Shown here: positions 1 to 9,473 of the stretch, in pieces | Position numbering within the stretch: the first letter of the stretch is position 1 | Layout of the letters: every line of letters begins with the position of its first letter | NCBI GenBank assembly: GCA_022763045.1 | Contig: JALEGI010000009.1 | Location: 5,576 to 69,575, forward strand | Direction: 5' to 3' | From: Simkaniaceae bacterium | GTDB lineage: Bacteria; Chlamydiota; Chlamydiia; Chlamydiales; JACRBE01 | DNA: 64,000 nucleotides | Program-made: the position numbers and the translations under genes | The notes under the pieces: model-generated | What the model saw: only the letters and a program-made list of their open reading frames with translations | Databases searched by the model: none | Told to the model about the DNA's origin: nothing

Positions 1-354
1 GATGTCCCAGGAACGGAGTGGCTTTTTGACCCATCAGATGAGTACTACTCGGTTTTTCGCGAGATATGCCGCCTCGATCAGAAGTCTCTACCAGATCCTG
101 ATGTGCTCGTTTTCCTTGAGGTCAATAAAGAGACGTGGCTCTCTCTTTTAGAAACTCGCCATCGTGAATTTGATATGACAAAAGGTTTGATTGAATCCTA
201 TGCTCCAACTCTTAAAGCGCTCAGAGACTCAGCGATACGTCTTTGCGAAGAGAGGGGGATTGAGCTGATCTTTTTTGAGCAAAAGTTTGGCGATCCCAAA
301 TTAAGAGCTTTAGAATTAAAAGAGCTTTTAAATGAGCGTGGTTTCATTAAATAG
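1..354 (+). CDS. Hypothetical protein, C-terminal fragment (5' end outside window); weakly resembles deoxynucleoside-kinase-type P-loop kinases
   Basis: Frame 1 is open from base 1 to TAG 352-354; the ORF track reports it only from 103. The segment PDVLVFLEVNKETWLSLLETRHREFD resembles the dNK-family LID region. No diagnostic motif lies inside the window. Confidence 0.5.
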   Translation, partial: DVPGTEWLFDPSDEYYSVFREICRLDQKSLPDPDVLVFLEVNKETWLSLLETRHREFDMTKGLIESYAPTLKALRDSAIRLCEERGIELIFFEQKFGDPKLRALELKELLNERGFIK

Positions 355-378
355 AATGTCCTGTATAATTCTCAATCT

Positions 379-1101
379 ATGCGAATTTTAGCGTTAATAT
401 CTATTTGTATTCCACTTTTATGTTCTGCTGCGAATAAAGATGAGCCTATTGTCTGCATTCATGGACTCATGGGAGGCAAGTGGTGCATGCGCTATCTTGA
501 GAAAAAGCTCACCCAAAAGGGGTGGGCAGTAGTCAACTGGGACTATCCGAGTCTCGACGCATACATTGAAGATCACGGAATGGCGCTAAACAAGAAATTG
601 AATGAGATTGCCAAGGAAGCGCCCGGAAAGCCGATCAATTTTGTCACCCATTCTATGGGAGGTTTGGTGCTTCTCTCTGCGTTGAATGCTCCAGAATGTC
701 CCGATGAAGCTAAAAGGGGAGAGGTTGTTTTAATTGCTCCGCCCCTGAAGGGAGCCTCCTATGGAAGGTGGCTCAATCAATTTGGATTTACCAAGAAGAT
801 TTTCAAGGAATTTTCCGCAAAGCAGCTCATGACAAGAACTAACTTTGACGATTTTGGGCAATATCCCGACTCAATTGAACGGATGTTAGTAATTGCAGGC
901 TCTTTAGGGTTCAATCCTGTGATTAAGGGGAAAAACGATGGGACTGTTGCTCTTGATGAGACAGAACTTGAGCGTCAGCACCAGCGTGCCGTTGTACGCC
1001 GCGGGCATAAATCAATTGTTTTCAGTGGTCGCGTCGCGCAGATGGTCACGCACTTTTTCAATCACCAAGAAAAAGAACAGCTCCATAGAAATAAGATGTA
1101 A
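379..1101 (+). CDS. Secreted alpha/beta-hydrolase (class-2 lipase / esterase-like)
   Basis: Signal-peptide-like N-terminus MRILALISICIPLLCSA. GXSXG nucleophile elbow in NFVTHSMGGLVLL. IHGLMGG near the N-terminus, as in class-2 lipases and PGAP1-like esterases. Confidence 0.75.
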   Translation: MRILALISICIPLLCSAANKDEPIVCIHGLMGGKWCMRYLEKKLTQKGWAVVNWDYPSLDAYIEDHGMALNKKLNEIAKEAPGKPINFVTHSMGGLVLLSALNAPECPDEAKRGEVVLIAPPLKGASYGRWLNQFGFTKKIFKEFSAKQLMTRTNFDDFGQYPDSIERMLVIAGSLGFNPVIKGKNDGTVALDETELERQHQRAVVRRGHKSIVFSGRVAQMVTHFFNHQEKEQLHRNKM

Positions 1102-1163
1102 TTTTTTTCTTTATTAAAAATTTACGTTTCGTTAGATTTTCTACCCTAAAATTTGAGGTGTAG

Positions 1164-1811
1164 ATGCGATACTTTTTATCTATTTTTCTTTTTTCGTACC
1201 TTTTTTCAATCGAGCTTCCATGTCAGTTTACCCATAAGGCACTTCGTATAAGGTGTACTGAAGAGGATCGGGCTCGTGCAGAAGAGCTCGTCAATTCACT
1301 CGATGAGTTTTATTCCAAGCAGGTAGCGTGCATTGGCTTTGAGCCAGCTGAAATCTCTTTGAGATTCTATCCAGATGTTTCTTCACTACATGAAAGACTT
1401 GGACTTGTTAATTACCCCAAGTGGGCGATCGCCTCGAATGCCCATCATATGATTCAAATAGTTGTTCCATGGAGGGCAGGCCCTTTCCACAATGTTGAAT
1501 CTACAACACGTATTTTGAAGCTCAATCTCATTTCGGAGCTTATTCAGCAGCGTTATGGTGCGCTTCCCTACTGGGTAGTCTATGGCGTTTCATCCTACTT
1601 ATCGGATTATCATAAATATCCACCCGACCGCTTGCCGACAATCGAAGAGATGGAAAACAGAGAAAATATTAGCTTTCATGAGAAGGGCGGAAACCTTGCC
1701 GCATTTGCTTTTGCAAAATCTCTTGAGGGTCGCTTATTTGAGGTGTTGTCAGATTATGAAACTGTACGAAACGAATACATACACTGGAGGTTAAAATGTA
1801 TGCAGCATTAG
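1164..1811 (+). CDS. Hypothetical protein with hydrophobic N-terminus
   Basis: 215-codon ORF with a GAGG SD 5 nt upstream of the ATG. N-terminus MRYFLSIFLFSYLF. No motif I recognise. The 3' end overlaps the next gene by 16 nt. Confidence 0.55.
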   Translation: MRYFLSIFLFSYLFSIELPCQFTHKALRIRCTEEDRARAEELVNSLDEFYSKQVACIGFEPAEISLRFYPDVSSLHERLGLVNYPKWAIASNAHHMIQIVVPWRAGPFHNVESTTRILKLNLISELIQQRYGALPYWVVYGVSSYLSDYHKYPPDRLPTIEEMENRENISFHEKGGNLAAFAFAKSLEGRLFEVLSDYETVRNEYIHWRLKCMQH

Positions 1812-3226
1812 CCGCACTACCATGCGTTTGTCATATGCCAATGGAACAGAGAGTTGGGCAGGTGATGATGCCCTGCTTTGTTGGTGAGGAATTTAATAGC
1901 GATGCGAAAGCACTTGTTAGTGAGCTTCATGTTGGAGGGATCATTCTATACAACTGGGCAAACGGGATGACAAAGCGCAAGCAAGTTGTAAATTTAACTA
2001 GTTCGCTCCAGAGAGAAGCAACAATTCCACTTTTGATTGCAACTGACCAAGAGGGAGGTCTTGTCCAAAGGTGGAGAGAGACAGAGTTTCCAGGCGCTAG
2101 GGCACTTGGTGTGGCAAATAATGTTGCACTGACGCAGATGACAGCGCTTGCTATGGGAGAAGACCTTCGCTCTTTGGGGATTCATGCGGGGCTTAGTCCT
2201 GTTCTTGATGTCGATGTCGATGGAAATCCGGTAATTGGAGTTCGTTCATTTGGTGAGGATGTTGATACTGTTGTTAAACATGGAAAGGCCTTTAGCAAGG
2301 GGCTAAAAAAGGCTGGGGTTCTCTCAGTAGGCAAGCACGCCCCAGGTCATGGCAGTACTAAGGTAGACTCTCATTATTGTATGCCTGTGATTACTAAAAC
2401 TCTAGCTGAGCTGAGGGCAAAAGATCTTAGACCTTTTTTTGAAATTGAGCTGGATGCGATTATGACTGGGCATCTTTTTATTCCAGATATTGATCCAAAT
2501 AATTGTGCCACTTTTTCCAGTAAAGTTGTTGAACTCTTTAGAAGAGAGGGCTTCGATGGGGTCATGATGACTGATTCTTTAGTCATGCAAGGTCTAGCAG
2601 AGAGGGTCGATGAGGCTGCAGTGCGCGCTCTTGAGGCAGGTTATGATTTACTCATTTTAGGTGGCAGAAAATTATATGGACAAGATGGAGCGATGCCTAT
2701 TGAGAAGTATCGCGCTATCCATGCGGCTATTATGAAGGCTGTAGAAGAGGGGCGTATCTCCGAGGATAGGCTTAACGAGGCGGTTGGACGGGTTAGAGAG
2801 CTCAAGTTCAAACTTGAAGAGCAAGGCTCTATTTTAGATCGACATATATATAGATATATAGCTGAATCAACAGCGTCCCTTGGCGTTGAGATTGTACGCG
2901 GCGATCCAGCCTTCATTGAAGGTAAATCTGTAAGCATTGTGGCTTCGAAAGCTTTGCAGGGGAAAGTTGAGGGGGTCAAGTTTTTTGATACTAAAGCTCC
3001 CGAAATTGATGGTGATGTAATTGTCGTCTTATCCTACAATGCGTGGAAAGATCAGGCTCAAGCGGCTGTGATCCAGCAGTTAATCGACTCGGGCAAGGAT
3101 GTTGTTTTAGTTGCAACAAGAGATGCTCTTGATGGGAAGCTTTTCCCAGGGGCAAAGGTTGTGTGCAACACCAATAGTCCAACGGGTGTTTCCGTGCGAG
3201 CTGCTCTTAAGAAAATTGGGATATGA
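1796..3226 (+). CDS. Glycoside hydrolase family 3 (NagZ-like beta-N-acetylhexosaminidase / beta-glucosidase)
   Basis: GH3 motifs ATDQEGGLVQRW, GKHAPGHG and MMTDSLVMQG. Strong SD GGAGG 5 nt upstream of ATG 1796. ATGA overlap with the next gene. Confidence 0.85.
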   Translation: MYAALAALPCVCHMPMEQRVGQVMMPCFVGEEFNSDAKALVSELHVGGIILYNWANGMTKRKQVVNLTSSLQREATIPLLIATDQEGGLVQRWRETEFPGARALGVANNVALTQMTALAMGEDLRSLGIHAGLSPVLDVDVDGNPVIGVRSFGEDVDTVVKHGKAFSKGLKKAGVLSVGKHAPGHGSTKVDSHYCMPVITKTLAELRAKDLRPFFEIELDAIMTGHLFIPDIDPNNCATFSSKVVELFRREGFDGVMMTDSLVMQGLAERVDEAAVRALEAGYDLLILGGRKLYGQDGAMPIEKYRAIHAAIMKAVEEGRISEDRLNEAVGRVRELKFKLEEQGSILDRHIYRYIAESTASLGVEIVRGDPAFIEGKSVSIVASKALQGKVEGVKFFDTKAPEIDGDVIVVLSYNAWKDQAQAAVIQQLIDSGKDVVLVATRDALDGKLFPGAKVVCNTNSPTGVSVRAALKKIGI

Positions 3227-4575
3227 AGTTTACTGAGATTTTAGATGATCATACCTTATGGGATGATTTTGAAAAAACGGTTCCAAGGGCTGTATTAGGT
3301 AGCGGTGATCCAAACTTTTTGTACGGAGTTGCCACTAGTACTTTTCAAGACTCTGGGGCCTTTCATTGTCCGAATTCTCAATGGAGCGTGTGGGAAAAAA
3401 CTCATGTGGAAGAGGGTAATCACTCAGGAAGAAGTGTCAACCTTTTCGAAATTTACGAAAAAAAACCCGAAATTGTCATTGATCGCCTAAAAAAGCTGGG
3501 CGTAAATACCTATCGCTTCAGTGTGGAGTGGTCTCACATTGAACCCAAGCAGGGGCAATTTATTCGAGAAAAGCTTGAGGTTTACCGCTCGTTTTGCCAA
3601 AAGCTGCGCGAGGCAAATATTGAGCCGATGGTGACTCTGCACCATTTTTCTGAGCCAAATTGGTTTCATGAAATGGGCAGCTTTGAACATGAAGAAAATA
3701 TTGCTCACTACACCAACTTTAGCTCTCTTGTTTTTAGAGCACTAACTGAAGAATTTCAGGGCAGGCCCTTGGTCGGTTACTTCTGCACAATCAATGAGCC
3801 TGGTGTTGAGGCCTATAACCGCTATCTTTTGGGGGATTTTTCTCCTGGGTATCGATTTAGATTCAAAAGGGGGGCGCGTTTTTTATTAGGCTGTTTGAAA
3901 GCTCATGCGCTGCTTTATGAAAAACTTTCAGGCAAAGAGGGCGTTAAAATTGGCATTACCTATCAACATTTGCGATTTCATACAAAAAATCCTCTTGTAA
4001 AACCCGTTGTGAATTTCTTTAACAAGTACTTCATTGCGATTTTACGCTTTTTCAAAGAGGGTATTTTTGATTGTAGCTACTTTCCACTTGGTAGAGTCTA
4101 CTATCGTGCTGAAAGAAAGCCCCAGACAGATTTTATTGGGCTCCAATTTTATGGAAGAGTATTTATTGGCTTGACTACCATTAATCCAGGTCGCCGTGAG
4201 ATGACGCAGATGCTTGGACTTCCTGAGGATCCAGAGGGGATCTATGAAGCGATCGTCAATACCTTTGATGCCTTTCAAAAACCAATTTTTGTGACAGAAA
4301 ATGGGATATCGACTAGATGTGACACACAAAGAGCGCGGCATGCATCTCGCGCACTGGTTGCAGCTGAATATGCCCGTCAGAAGATTGGTCCTGAGAATTT
4401 TTTGGGGTACCTTTTATGGTCGCTTTGCGATAATTTTGAATGGTCGAAAGGGTGGAACCAGCACTTTGGGGCATACCCACTCACTCAAGAACGTGAGATC
4501 AGTAAAGAGTTTAAGCCAGGTGTATTGCCATATGTTCAAATGGTCAATTCCTGGAAGGCCTCTTTTCAAAAATAG
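3223..4575 (+). CDS. Glycoside hydrolase family 1 (beta-glucosidase-type)
   Basis: GH1 acid/base motif CTINEPG and nucleophile motif FVTENGIS. About 450 aa, typical of GH1. Start overlaps the GH3 stop (ATGA). Confidence 0.9.
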   Translation: MKFTEILDDHTLWDDFEKTVPRAVLGSGDPNFLYGVATSTFQDSGAFHCPNSQWSVWEKTHVEEGNHSGRSVNLFEIYEKKPEIVIDRLKKLGVNTYRFSVEWSHIEPKQGQFIREKLEVYRSFCQKLREANIEPMVTLHHFSEPNWFHEMGSFEHEENIAHYTNFSSLVFRALTEEFQGRPLVGYFCTINEPGVEAYNRYLLGDFSPGYRFRFKRGARFLLGCLKAHALLYEKLSGKEGVKIGITYQHLRFHTKNPLVKPVVNFFNKYFIAILRFFKEGIFDCSYFPLGRVYYRAERKPQTDFIGLQFYGRVFIGLTTINPGRREMTQMLGLPEDPEGIYEAIVNTFDAFQKPIFVTENGISTRCDTQRARHASRALVAAEYARQKIGPENFLGYLLWSLCDNFEWSKGWNQHFGAYPLTQEREISKEFKPGVLPYVQMVNSWKASFQK

Positions 4576-4597
4576 TTTTTTATGTCATGAATAAGAC

Positions 4598-5605
4598 ATG
4601 AGATACTTTGTTTTACTTTTTACGTTATCCCAAGTTTTAGCATGCACTGACTTTCTACTGATCGATGAGCAGAAGGGGTGTGTTGTTGGACGCTCAATGG
4701 AGTGGTCTACTCCACTTGATTCTGAACTTGTTGTTTTTCCAAAAGGTGAGAAGCAACACAGCATTATTAGTGGCAAGGTCGCCATGCAGTGGCAGCAAAA
4801 GTATGATTTTTTTGGCCTTAGTGTTTTGGGAATGGTTTCAGTTCTCGATGGGGTCAACGAAAAGGGTCTTGCTGTTGAAGGGTTATGGTTTCCGATTGCT
4901 AAGTATCCCACGCGTTTAACCGGGAACATGAGCAAAGTTGTCTCCGTTTTAGACTTTGCGAACTGGGCGTTAGGAACTTGTGCAACTGTTGCAGAGGTTC
5001 AAGAGGCGTTAGAAACAATCACGATTTATCCTGTCGTATTACCAGCATTGAAGGGTGTGCCCAAGTTGCACTTTGCTGTGCACGATGCAACGGGGAAAAG
5101 TATTGTTGTTGAGTTTATTGATGGAAAGATGGTTGTTGATGAGAATCCAATTGCCGTGATGACGAATGCGCCAAGTTTCTCCTGGCACCTTACAAATCTA
5201 GAAAATTATATCAATCTTACAGCAGTGAATAAGGGGCCAGTCTCCTTTGATGGAACGGTGATTGGGACAACTGGGCAGGGCTCAGGCCTTCTTGGTATAC
5301 CAGGGGATTGGACGCCGCCCTCACGTTTTGTGCGTATTGCCCTTTTTAAAAATTTCGCTAAGCAGGCAAAGGCGCTTTCGCAAAATGTTAATCTCGCTTT
5401 TCATCTCCTAAATACAGTTGATATTCCCTTTGGTACAATTCAATCTGAGGGGGGAAAGGATTTTGACTATACCCAGTGGGCAATTGTTAAGGATCTACAT
5501 GGGGGTAGTATTCAATTACGCACCTATACAAATCTCGATATCCAAACGTATGATCTAAATACTCTTGTTCGAAAAGGTTACCACAAAATCCCCATCAAGA
5601 GTTAA
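4598..5605 (+). CDS. Secreted Ntn hydrolase, choloylglycine hydrolase / penicillin V acylase family (linear amide C-N hydrolase)
   Basis: The signal peptide ends ...LSQVLA directly before CTDFLL, so a Cys would be exposed as the N-terminal nucleophile, which is the hallmark of this family. Length of about 335 aa also fits. Confidence 0.8.
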   Translation: MRYFVLLFTLSQVLACTDFLLIDEQKGCVVGRSMEWSTPLDSELVVFPKGEKQHSIISGKVAMQWQQKYDFFGLSVLGMVSVLDGVNEKGLAVEGLWFPIAKYPTRLTGNMSKVVSVLDFANWALGTCATVAEVQEALETITIYPVVLPALKGVPKLHFAVHDATGKSIVVEFIDGKMVVDENPIAVMTNAPSFSWHLTNLENYINLTAVNKGPVSFDGTVIGTTGQGSGLLGIPGDWTPPSRFVRIALFKNFAKQAKALSQNVNLAFHLLNTVDIPFGTIQSEGGKDFDYTQWAIVKDLHGGSIQLRTYTNLDIQTYDLNTLVRKGYHKIPIKS

Positions 5606-5634
5606 AGAGAGCATTTCCTTTTTTTCTTGAACTG

Positions 5635-5659
5635 ATATCTGATCTTAAGATATTTTATT
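5635..5659 (+). terminator. Weak AT-rich hairpin plus T-rich tail downstream of the Ntn hydrolase gene
   Basis: ATATCT (5635-5640) pairs with AGATAT (5648-5653) across a 7-nt loop, followed by TTTATT. Confidence 0.35.
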
Positions 5660-5684
5660 CTATTAAAATCATTGAGGATTTCTG

Positions 5685-5978
5685 ATGGCAAAATATTTTA
5701 TTTCAGCTTTTATGTGCGTATTTTTCTCTCTTCCAGCAGTAGAAGGAGACCGTGATTTGAAGATCGAAATTCACCTTAAATGTGTAAATACACCTGAATT
5801 TGAGCGACTTATTGAGTATTTTTCAAATAAAAGCGGCAATCTAGTTCCTTTTGAAGAATTCCAAGCAGATATGAAAGAGTCGATGAATGTGCTCTTTAAT
5901 TACATCCAACTTCGCCAGATTCACGAGGCAAGATCTTCTGTTACGCTTGATGATAAAAGAATTTTTCCTGTTCAGTGA
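5685..5978 (+). CDS. Small hypothetical secreted protein
   Basis: 97-codon ORF with a GAGGA SD 6 nt upstream. Signal-like N-terminus MAKYFISAFMCVFFSLPAVEG. Confidence 0.45.
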   Translation: MAKYFISAFMCVFFSLPAVEGDRDLKIEIHLKCVNTPEFERLIEYFSNKSGNLVPFEEFQADMKESMNVLFNYIQLRQIHEARSSVTLDDKRIFPVQ

Positions 5979-5983
5979 AATAG

Positions 5984-6700
5984 TTAGAATTTAAACAGAA
6001 GGATTGCTAAGAATCCTAGAAAAAAAGAGAGTGAGCAATAGTTGCTGTGACTCTCTCTATGAGCTTCTCCGATTAGCTCTTCAATTGCTAGAAAAAGCAG
6101 CGCAGCAACGCCGAAAGCAAGCGTCTCCGTTAACATGTAGTAGGGCAGCTTTCCAATGATATATCCGCCTAGATATGCGCCGACTGGAAGCATGGTCGCA
6201 ACAAATAGGACAGAGAGAATTTTGGTAATGCTGCTTTGATTTCTTTGCGATAGCGTGCTCCCTACGCTGAGGTTCATAAAAAAACCACATAGCGATAGGG
6301 AGAGCGCTATGAATATTCCAGATCCTCTACCTGCAATAAATGCGATACCAATAATCACACCATCAATAAGTAGATCAATTGCTGAGCCAATAACAAGTCC
6401 TACTGGGTATTGTTGGTTTTTCAGATTGTCTGAAAGGTAGTGAGCGAGTCGATGGACTGCTAACATGGCAATCACCCCAAGGACAAAGCCGATGGATATA
6501 GTGACAGCAGAGCCCATATTCAAAATCTTTGGAAGGAGTTCAACTGACACAGAGGCAAGCACAATACCTGCTACAAGGTGTTGCAAGGCGCTATTAAATT
6601 TCTTCTTGGGGATTGTACATGAAGCGAGAAGGCCGCCTAGGATTGCGATTGCCATTGGAATAAGGGTGTAGAGAGCGATAAGATAGGGGGAGGTAGCCAT
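5984..6700 (-). CDS. ZIP-family divalent metal (zinc) transporter
   Basis: Polytopic membrane protein with ZIP-like TM4/TM5 segments (IDLLIDGVIIGIAF, LAIEELIGEAH). I place the start at ATG 6700 (MATSPYL...), which has an AAGGAG SD upstream. The ORF-track start at 6796 would overlap the divergent gene. Confidence 0.6.
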   Translation of the reverse strand: MATSPYLIALYTLIPMAIAILGGLLASCTIPKKKFNSALQHLVAGIVLASVSVELLPKILNMGSAVTISIGFVLGVIAMLAVHRLAHYLSDNLKNQQYPVGLVIGSAIDLLIDGVIIGIAFIAGRGSGIFIALSLSLCGFFMNLSVGSTLSQRNQSSITKILSVLFVATMLPVGAYLGGYIIGKLPYYMLTETLAFGVAALLFLAIEELIGEAHRESHSNYCSLSFFLGFLAILLFKF

Positions 6701-6774
6701 TTTTGAGACTCCTTTTTTCTTTCTACTAATGAATAAATGTTTTATTTTCAATAAGTGTTTCATAGGAGAAATTG

Positions 6775-8220
6775 ATGTATCAAGATGAGCAACCAAAGGG
6801 TCTTTATTTACTTTTCTTTACGATTCTTTGGGAGCGTTTTGGCTACTATCTGATGCAGGCGCTTTTGATCTTGTACATGACAAAGCAACTGGGATTTACT
6901 CTCTTAAACTCTTTTGTTCTCTTTGGGACGTTCACTGCTCTTTTGAACATGACACCAATTCTCGGTGGAATCTTAGCCGATCGTTTTTTGGGCTACCAAA
7001 GAGCAGCAAGCATTGGCATTGTTTTAATGATTTTAGGCTATGTGTTGATTGGCCTACCCGAAATTCAGCTTTTCTATTTTGCGCTCAGTTTACTTTGTGT
7101 CGGCTCGGGGCTTTTTAGACCAAGTATCACTTGTATGGTAGGAAATCTCTACGAATTTACAGACACAAGGCGTGATGGGGGATTTACCCTTTTCTATATG
7201 GGGATAAATTTGGGAGCTCTTTTTCCCCCCATCATGGCAACAACTCTTGTTTTAGGTGTCGGCTGGTATTTTGGGTTTTTTACCTCTGCAGTTGGACTTT
7301 GTATTGGAGTGATGAATTTCTTTCGCGGAAAAGAGATTCTCAATTGTGTTGGCAAAACGCCTGAGCATAGCCCTTTGCAAAAAGGAGGGGCTAAGTACTT
7401 TAGCTCCAGTCTACTCTTCTATATCGCACTTGTTTTAACGATTTTTGTATTGCGTTTTGTGATGATGTCACTTGATTTAACAACAATTGTTGTAGCATTG
7501 ATTACACTCTTTGCTTTTGCTGCAATTACATATACACTCTTTAAATTAGAGAGGGTCGATAGGGACCGCCTTCTTGTCGTTTTTATTCTTTCCGTGCTTT
7601 CAATCGCTTTTTGGTTTCTCTATTCGCAAATGTTTACCTCGGTGATGATTTTCGGGCAAATCAATATGGAGAGAACACTCTTTGGTTTAAAAGTGACGCC
7701 CCTTGTTATCCAAATTTTTGATCCTCTCTACATAGTCGTTTTTGCCCCTTTGCTTAGCCATTTGTGGGTCCTTACTGACAAGAACAAGCGTCGACTTTCA
7801 CTTACGACAAAGTTTTTTGCCGGAATGCTACTCTCAGCTTTGGGGTATGTGATTTTATCTTGGTGTACGCTTGGAGCTGATCTTAATGGAATTATTTCTG
7901 TCTTATGGATTGGCATTGGTCTTTTTGTCATCACAATGGGAGAGCTCTTTTTAGGTCCCATTGGGCTTTCGATGATTACACGATTTGCGGGCGAGAATCT
8001 TCGTGGCATGATGATTGGCTTTTGGTATTTGATTCAAGCGGCGGGCATCTTGATTGGGACAAAGTTTAGTTCTGTTTTGGAGGTCGTTGAAGATGCAACC
8101 CCACTGGTTTCGCTACAGCACTACCAAAACGTTTTTATGACTCTGGGATTTATAGGGCTTGCCTTCACTCTCGTTGGGATTTTTATTTCTCCTATGTTGA
8201 ACCGCCTCTGCCACGAGTAG
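6775..8220 (+). CDS. Proton-dependent oligopeptide transporter (POT/PTR2, DtpT-like di/tripeptide permease)
   Basis: PTR2 signatures FFTILWERFGYYLMQALLILYM and LGGILADRFLGYQRA; 12 or more TM segments. ATG 6775 has a GGAG SD 6 nt upstream; the track start at 6772 is a TTG one codon earlier. Confidence 0.9.
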   Translation: MYQDEQPKGLYLLFFTILWERFGYYLMQALLILYMTKQLGFTLLNSFVLFGTFTALLNMTPILGGILADRFLGYQRAASIGIVLMILGYVLIGLPEIQLFYFALSLLCVGSGLFRPSITCMVGNLYEFTDTRRDGGFTLFYMGINLGALFPPIMATTLVLGVGWYFGFFTSAVGLCIGVMNFFRGKEILNCVGKTPEHSPLQKGGAKYFSSSLLFYIALVLTIFVLRFVMMSLDLTTIVVALITLFAFAAITYTLFKLERVDRDRLLVVFILSVLSIAFWFLYSQMFTSVMIFGQINMERTLFGLKVTPLVIQIFDPLYIVVFAPLLSHLWVLTDKNKRRLSLTTKFFAGMLLSALGYVILSWCTLGADLNGIISVLWIGIGLFVITMGELFLGPIGLSMITRFAGENLRGMMIGFWYLIQAAGILIGTKFSSVLEVVEDATPLVSLQHYQNVFMTLGFIGLAFTLVGIFISPMLNRLCHE

Positions 8221-8980
8221 CAGGGGTTTCAGGAGCACTTTTCTTTTCATCCTTTTCTTTGCTTTTGTCGTTGCCAAAGAAAAGAGAGAAGGGGGTGAAG
8301 ATGGATTTCACAGCTTTTTCCGGCACTGTGACAAACCCTTCGAGCATATCACCGATTCCTGAAGCAAGGGAAATTGATTTGATTGCTTGGCGGATGACAA
8401 TTTGTGAAATCTCCTCCATTGGCAATCCCTTTTCGGAGTTGATGTTTTTTAGGCGCACCTCTTTGAGGGGAACTAAACGTAGCGCATTTTTTCCGTAGCG
8501 CTTCAATGTAATATTCACATTGCGGAGCACAAGCTCGTCGATTTGTACTGTTCTAGCATGGAGAGGCTTTGTCTCAGGCTGTTGATCGCCGCGTGTCAGA
8601 CTCTGCATGATCGTGACCCAATTTCCCTCTTTATTTGAGCTGTCGTAGAATTCAATGCTGACATACACATTATCAAAGGCGATCTCGTTAATTTTGATGT
8701 GGGGGCGAAAGTATTGATTAAAGGGGGCGTCAAACTGAATTTTTTCGACTTTGCATGCAAGGGGAAGTGAGCTCTTAGGGGGATTGTCGATCACAAAATT
8801 TTGGAAATTGAAGTGTTTCCAGCCGAGTTGGAACTTGTCGATTGTGACATCAACGCCCATAAGATGCGTCAGTTTGCCGGAAAGATAGACGGGTACCATA
8901 CGGTACCCGACAAAGAGTGCTGAGAAGAGAATGATCAGCAAAATCCCAATAGAGCAAAGGGTATAGACAATCTTTCTCAA
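8192..8980 (-). CDS. Hypothetical membrane-anchored protein (AsmA/DUF748-like by eye)
   Basis: TTG start with an AAGGA SD. N-terminal TM segment LCSIGILLIILFSALFVGY, beta-rich body, and a Lys/Glu-rich tail. The 3' end overlaps the convergent POT gene by 29 nt. Confidence 0.5.
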   Translation of the reverse strand: MRKIVYTLCSIGILLIILFSALFVGYRMVPVYLSGKLTHLMGVDVTIDKFQLGWKHFNFQNFVIDNPPKSSLPLACKVEKIQFDAPFNQYFRPHIKINEIAFDNVYVSIEFYDSSNKEGNWVTIMQSLTRGDQQPETKPLHARTVQIDELVLRNVNITLKRYGKNALRLVPLKEVRLKNINSEKGLPMEEISQIVIRQAIKSISLASGIGDMLEGFVTVPEKAVKSIFTPFSLFFGNDKSKEKDEKKSAPETPATRGRGGST

Positions 8981-8995
8981 TGCACTAGATCCTTT

Positions 8996-9409
8996 TTACT
9001 TTACAACTACACTTGGAGCAAATTTTTTGCCAACTGTAATGTAGAGATTTGCTTTAGCATCTGGGCCAGTCAATTGGTTTTTTCCCATCGTCTTCTGGAT
9101 GCTATTTTCTCCAAGAAGATTTCGTCCAGTGCTGTCGTATACCTTTACATCAACTGTATAAATCATTGCGTTTGAAGAGGACTCAGTGTGTGGAATGAAC
9201 CAGTCCACGCTGTCACTTGCTTGAAAGTTTTGAGCTTTAGCAGGAACTACCTGTCTTGAAACTGGAGATTTTGTTGAGCTTGATAGAGATGTACGCCACT
9301 CGACTGTGACCTTTTCTGTGCTTCTATTAGTGATGTATGTCGTGTATTCACCAGCCATCCCTGTAGCAAAGGCAAAGAGTGTGACAAATAGTGTTGCGAG
9401 TTTTTTCAT
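8996..9409 (-). CDS. Small hypothetical secreted protein
   Basis: Signal peptide MKKLATLFVTLFAFATGMA. GAGG SD 5 nt upstream of the start. Beta-rich, Ser/Thr-rich 137-aa product. Confidence 0.5.
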   Translation of the reverse strand: MKKLATLFVTLFAFATGMAGEYTTYITNRSTEKVTVEWRTSLSSSTKSPVSRQVVPAKAQNFQASDSVDWFIPHTESSSNAMIYTVDVKVYDSTGRNLLGENSIQKTMGKNQLTGPDAKANLYITVGKKFAPSVVVK

Positions 9410-9473
9410 GTTGACCTCGGGTTAGTTGAGATCTCCATCTTACGGAAAAGATAAAAAGGCGCAAACAAAAAAA

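Noticed and set aside
6701-6796. N-terminal extension of the ZIP transporter, and similar TTG/GTG-extended starts in the ORF track (bamA 34942, lipoprotein 43869, pepF 11913, fabD 37406, POT 6772)
   Set aside because: In each case an internal ATG has a proper SD, or yields a signal peptide or lipobox, or gives an ATGA-type junction. The extensions would overlap neighbouring genes or promoters.
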